From Entomortierella parvispora E1425 (taxonomy: Eukaryota; Fungi; Mortierellomycota): a stretch of DNA of 64,000 nt. Positions 62,401 through 64,000 of this stretch are shown in pieces (positions within the stretch are counted from its first letter, which is position 1; each line of letters opens with the position of its first letter). A program made the position numbers and the translations under genes. Below the pieces are notes generated by a model. That model ran no database searches and was not told the DNA's origin. It worked only from the letters and a program-made list of their open reading frames with translations. Location: positions 2,542,001-2,606,000 of the forward strand of contig BQFW01000001.1 of assembly GCA_020891255.1 (NCBI GenBank), given 5' to 3'.

Positions 62401-64000
62401 AATAGACCGGATTGCTGACTGCTGGGAGCGGCTTGAGAGGCAGCGCAACACAAGATTCTCACCCCCGACACAAGAGAGTGCTCCTGCCCATCCCCGACAG
62501 AAACACAACTCGAGCATCTTGACCCCCAAACATATCCCAGATAACGTACTAGCGACAAAGGTACTGCTCCCTACTCGCAAGCAAGTAGAGAAAAGAAGCT
62601 CAGCTACACGGCCCCACAGCACTCGCTTTGCCCTCATAGCCGGTCCGAACCACCTTCCTTCTCATCCAGCGACGTGTCAAGAATAACAGACCCATCATGC
62701 TCCTTGGCCACGACAGAAGGATTCCAAACGAAAGCCGATAGAACTCCGTAAATGAGAATATGCCCAGAAGACAACGCTGGTCCACACACATCCTCACCGA
62801 CTTGCAACCTCCCCAAACACCTTGCTGCAAGATCATAACCCAGTGAGAGAAGAACGGGGAACATTTGCAAACGAAACAAAATAAATAGAAACGCGTCTGC
62901 CGCTGACCGAAGGTTGAGTACCCCTCCAACACCTCCAAGCGGGAATCCTTAATGACGGGTTGCCGGTGAAGGCAACGCGTTGAAGTCAACTACTCTTCCA
63001 CCAGTCTCCTTGACCTCAACTCCTCCCTGTCGCTGGTCTTGAAAAAGAACCAAGGGAACTTCAAATGGAGGCCTTTTCATTCCATGTCCAGAGACATGCA
63101 AGCAGGGAAATGTAAACAAAGTTCACATGGAAAAGAGAGAGGAGCACCACCTGCATTCTCAAGACCCGACACAGCCATTACTTCTGTTTTCCGCCTGCCA
63201 GAGAGACATTCAGGGGACAATGCCTCTCGTTCTGCGCTTGGAACGTCGTTGAAGCGGTTGAAATGACCAGTCCTTCCCCGAAGCATACCCCTTCAATGAC
63301 GATTGCGCACAATACCGCAGCCGGTTGGCAGCTCCCCGGAGTAGCTGCCTCTCAGCAAGAAACACGATACTTACCTGGGACCACCCCCGGGCTGGGTATC
63401 CCACGGCGGCGACAGCGGAAGAACAGGCGGCCCAAGGTTCCATGGTGGCGAAAGAGGAAGAACAGTGGCACTCGCGTGGACGCGGTCCTTTTGTGCCTCT
63501 TGGCCAGAATGCAAGCCACCGAGCATGAGTCGTCACGTGCATCATCCCTTTCGTCGTTTTCTTTTTGATGGATGCACGCACATCTGTGGATGGAACGAGC
63601 ACCAATCGTCCATCTCGTTTCGAATTGCGGAATGATCTTTTTGCAACGCGCACTGGCGAGCACGACCTGGAGACGCAGCAATCACGATCGAGGAAGATAT
63701 CTACCTGTAATCGTATTTACTGCAGAGCAGCAAGTACGATGGAGGAAGATATCAATTCGTCGCGAGAGATCTCGTTTTTCCATTTCGCGAACAACGGGAT
63801 TGGCGACCAAATTGTGATGTCGCCCATCCATTCCACATGGGGGATCATGATGACCAAAACTCGCGTGTGGGGTATTTCAGTTTATTTTGGGCTCCGCCTT
63901 CTCGATCTGGTTACAGGATCCCTGTGATGATCCTATTGGGTCGCGTTTAAAAGGATGCTCTACCTTCCAGTGCAGCCTGCAGTTTTGATCTCAAAGAGTC

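Overview
Eukaryotic fungal genomic DNA with GT-AG introns. It is most likely Mortierellaceae (Mucoromycota), inferred from the Crinkler N-terminal signature and the abundant intronless F-box/LRR genes. Conserved housekeeping genes (alcohol dehydrogenase, pyruvate kinase, Utp14, Mdm34, FKBP12, a FYVE protein, a Pil1/Lsp1-type eisosome protein, Rrg9/neugrin) surround a rearranged accessory tract at about 21-46 kb. That tract holds three things. First, a six-exon Crinkler-type gene (CRN N-terminal domain, P-loop NTPase, putative nuclease) lying head-to-head with a decayed CRN, with an inverted repeat and a short-motif tandem array between them. Second, a complete IS630-Tc1-mariner transposon with a long DD86E spacing, 28-bp TIRs and TA flanks. 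Third, a tandem triplication of a Pil1 / FAD-monooxygenase / F-box cassette in which all three monooxygenases were kept while the extra Pil1 and F-box copies were largely deleted. The window also has four apparently intact F-box/LRR genes plus several relics, a secreted protein with 14 11-aa repeats, and a roughly 2,470-aa low-complexity protein. No tRNA, rRNA or CRISPR array was recognised. Exon boundaries were read by eye and no database search was run.
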